Position numbers and translations under genes: made by a program. The notes under the pieces were generated by a model, which was given only the letters and a program-made list of their open reading frames with translations, was not told the DNA's origin and searched no databases. A DNA stretch of 47,981 nucleotides from Faecousia sp. (GTDB taxonomy: Bacteria; Bacillota; Clostridia; Oscillospirales; Oscillospiraceae), in NCBI GenBank assembly GCA_045659325.1, contig JAZOWQ010000104.1, forward strand, positions 1-47,981, written 5' to 3'. The stretch's first letter is position 1, and each line of letters begins with the position of its first letter. Of this stretch, positions 46,408 through 47,981 are shown one piece after another.

Positions 46408-47163
46408 TTAAACCTGAGGCTGCTCAGGCTGTGCGTACTTGTATTCCGTACCGGAGATTTCCCGATAAAAAGCTGCGGTTGCAGCCTGCTTGTAGGGTGT
46501 GATCCAAAGGCTGCCAATGCCAAAGGTCAGCAGTGCACTGAGAATATCCCAGCCGATGAAGCTGATCTGCACGCAGAATAGACGCCAGCGGTTGCCGGAC
46601 ATCATCTGCTTGGAGCGTTCGATTGCTTCGCCGGCAGTCAGTTCCGGATTTTCTGCCAGTATGTAGCTTGTCATGGCATAGCTATAGCCTGCGATAATAC
46701 CTGGAATGATGAACAGCAGCGACCACAGCAGTACATACACACTCTGCAGAAGTCTGGCGCAGGCAGTCGTCTTCCAAAACTGGAAATAGCCAAACATGGT
46801 GCCTATCTCCGCTTCCTTCTGCCGATCCACCAGATCCAAATTGAACTTCATGTAGCCTACCTCTACGATGCTGCCAAGAATAAACAACGCAATGCCCGTG
46901 ACGACAGCGAAGATGGCAATATAGGTAGCGATACCTGCAAAGACAGTCCAGAATTCCGCACCACCACTGGAGGAAATCACATCCTGCCCAAAGATCTGCA
47001 GACTTGCGTTAAAATTACCGTCGTTTAGCTCCACATTGAGTTACGGTCCGCTGGAGCCGATGGCACCCAATAGCGATGCGATCAGACCGGCAACGACCGC
47101 GATACCCCATTTGCCCTTCAGGGCATTGCGGGCAATGCTTCTAAAATCAGCTGCGTATTTCAT
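46408..47163 (-). pseudogene. DUF975-family membrane protein interrupted by an in-frame TAA at codon 41
   Basis: MKYAADFRSIARNALKGKWG...GSSGP*LNVELNDG continues in frame into LWSLLFIIPGIIAGYSYAM..YILAENP..S..MM.G.RW. Stop at 47041-47043. Confidence 0.8.
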
Positions 47164-47339
47164 TCTTTCACTCCCATCTTCTCCCGGAGATCTCCGAGGC
47201 TCTTATTATACTGCGCTTGGCTGATAGCTCCTCTTTCAAGGAACAGATCTAGCGTTTTCTTCTGATTGAGGAAAAGCTGGGTTTTCTTTTCTTCCGGTGT
47301 CAGTGATTCCCAATCCACAACTACTGTGTTTTCGTTCAT
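47160..47339 (-). CDS. Small hypothetical protein (59 aa)
   Basis: Compact ORF whose TGA overlaps the DUF975 ATG (ATGA coupling). Confidence 0.65.
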   Translation of the reverse strand: MNENTVVVDWESLTPEEKKTQLFLNQKKTLDLFLERGAISQAQYNKSLGDLREKMGVKE

Positions 47340-47358
47340 TGTCTTTTTGCCTGCCTTC

Positions 47359-47979
47359 TTACTTTGCCTGCAGTTCAATTAGGATCACTTCCGGGCGGTT
47401 ATTGATCCGGAACGGAAGGATGCTGTTTCCGATGCCTCGGCTTACAAGCATGTTGGTATTGTCATCCGTGTACAAACCTGCGTCATATTCAGGGAACAAC
47501 CCCTGATTGGGTGCCACCAAGCCACCGATAAACGGTAGGCGGAATTGACCACCATGAGCATGACCACTGAGAATCAAGTCAACATCGTGATCTGCGTAGG
47601 TCTCAAACAGTTCCGGTCTATGGGACAGTAGAATGGTAAACCCATCATTCTCATCTTGGAGATCTTCCAACTTAGTGTTCATAACCGTTTCGGAGTCTCC
47701 AAACAGATAATCGGTCTGGAAACTGGGGTCGTTGACGCCGATCAGCGTGATAGTCTCGCCCTCCAGACTGATTTCAGTTTTTACATCTTCCAGCACGGTG
47801 ACGCCTGCGGCCTCCATCCCGGCCTTCAGTTCACCATACTCGTTTACACGTGCTTCATGATTACCGGTAACATAGTAGCACGGTGCGATCTTTACTGCTT
47901 CACGAACGAACTGACGAGCAATCTCAATATCAGTATTACGGGAATCGATCAGATCGCCTGTGATGGCGATGATATCCGG
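47359..47979 (-). CDS. Calcineurin-like metallophosphoesterase (YkuE-like), 5'-truncated by the window edge
   Basis: PDIIAITGDLID, VTGNHE, LLSHRP, LSGHAHGGQ and VSRGIG motifs. Confidence 0.92.
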   Translation of the reverse strand, partial: PDIIAITGDLIDSRNTDIEIARQFVREAVKIAPCYYVTGNHEARVNEYGELKAGMEAAGVTVLEDVKTEISLEGETITLIGVNDPSFQTDYLFGDSETVMNTKLEDLQDENDGFTILLSHRPELFETYADHDVDLILSGHAHGGQFRLPFIGGLVAPNQGLFPEYDAGLYTDDNTNMLVSRGIGNSILPFRINNRPEVILIELQAK

Positions 47980-47981
47980 AT

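Larger units (their letters stand above)
20162..47981. mobile_element. Probable genomic island beginning at tRNA-Thr(GGT); other end and integrase not seen in the window
   Basis: Composition drops to AT-rich right after the tRNA. Tandem aaaccgacac x2 (20231-20240, 20243-20252) resembles integrase arm sites. Only accessory genes follow. Confidence 0.5.

Noticed and set aside
24000-47981. Integron-like cassette array in the island
   Set aside because: Intergenic hairpins differ in sequence and look like ordinary terminators. No shared attC-like repeat was found by eye; a weak match to the 1647/2009 motif at ~36573-36586 is too poor to call.

Overview
AT/GC-mixed chromosomal window from a Clostridia-type Firmicute (Oscillospiraceae-like; inferred from gene content) with three parts. 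(1) 88-4853: a ~4.76 kb integrative mobilizable element in the 3' end of tRNA-Leu(TAA), carrying a large serine recombinase, one cargo membrane gene, a MOB_V-like relaxase with oriT, ~0.95 kb of non-coding DNA and a small ORF. Its att core lies inside the last codons of the integrase, and joining the ends in silico extends the integrase in frame by ~50 aa, so integrated and excised forms would encode different integrases. This is the strongest finding. (2) ~4850-20200: backbone with TSUP transporter, a four-gene sugar-amide catabolic operon, thioesterase, SLH protein, MFS, DUF3048 lipoprotein, tRNA-Leu(CAA), ABC transporter, RluA, DMT and tRNA-Thr(GGT). Both Leu tRNA loci carry small structured repeats built from copies of the tRNA's own ends. 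(3) ~20200 to window end: a probable genomic island after tRNA-Thr, with an AT-rich kinase + HNH pair, Cu/Zn SOD, a two-component system, a serpin operon, three ECF/anti-sigma pairs, two BlaI/BlaR1(M56) pairs with distinct operators, an XRE membrane regulator, a tandem HEPN-like gene and a nonsense-mutated DUF975 gene. All family calls come from reading motifs by eye; no database searches were run.
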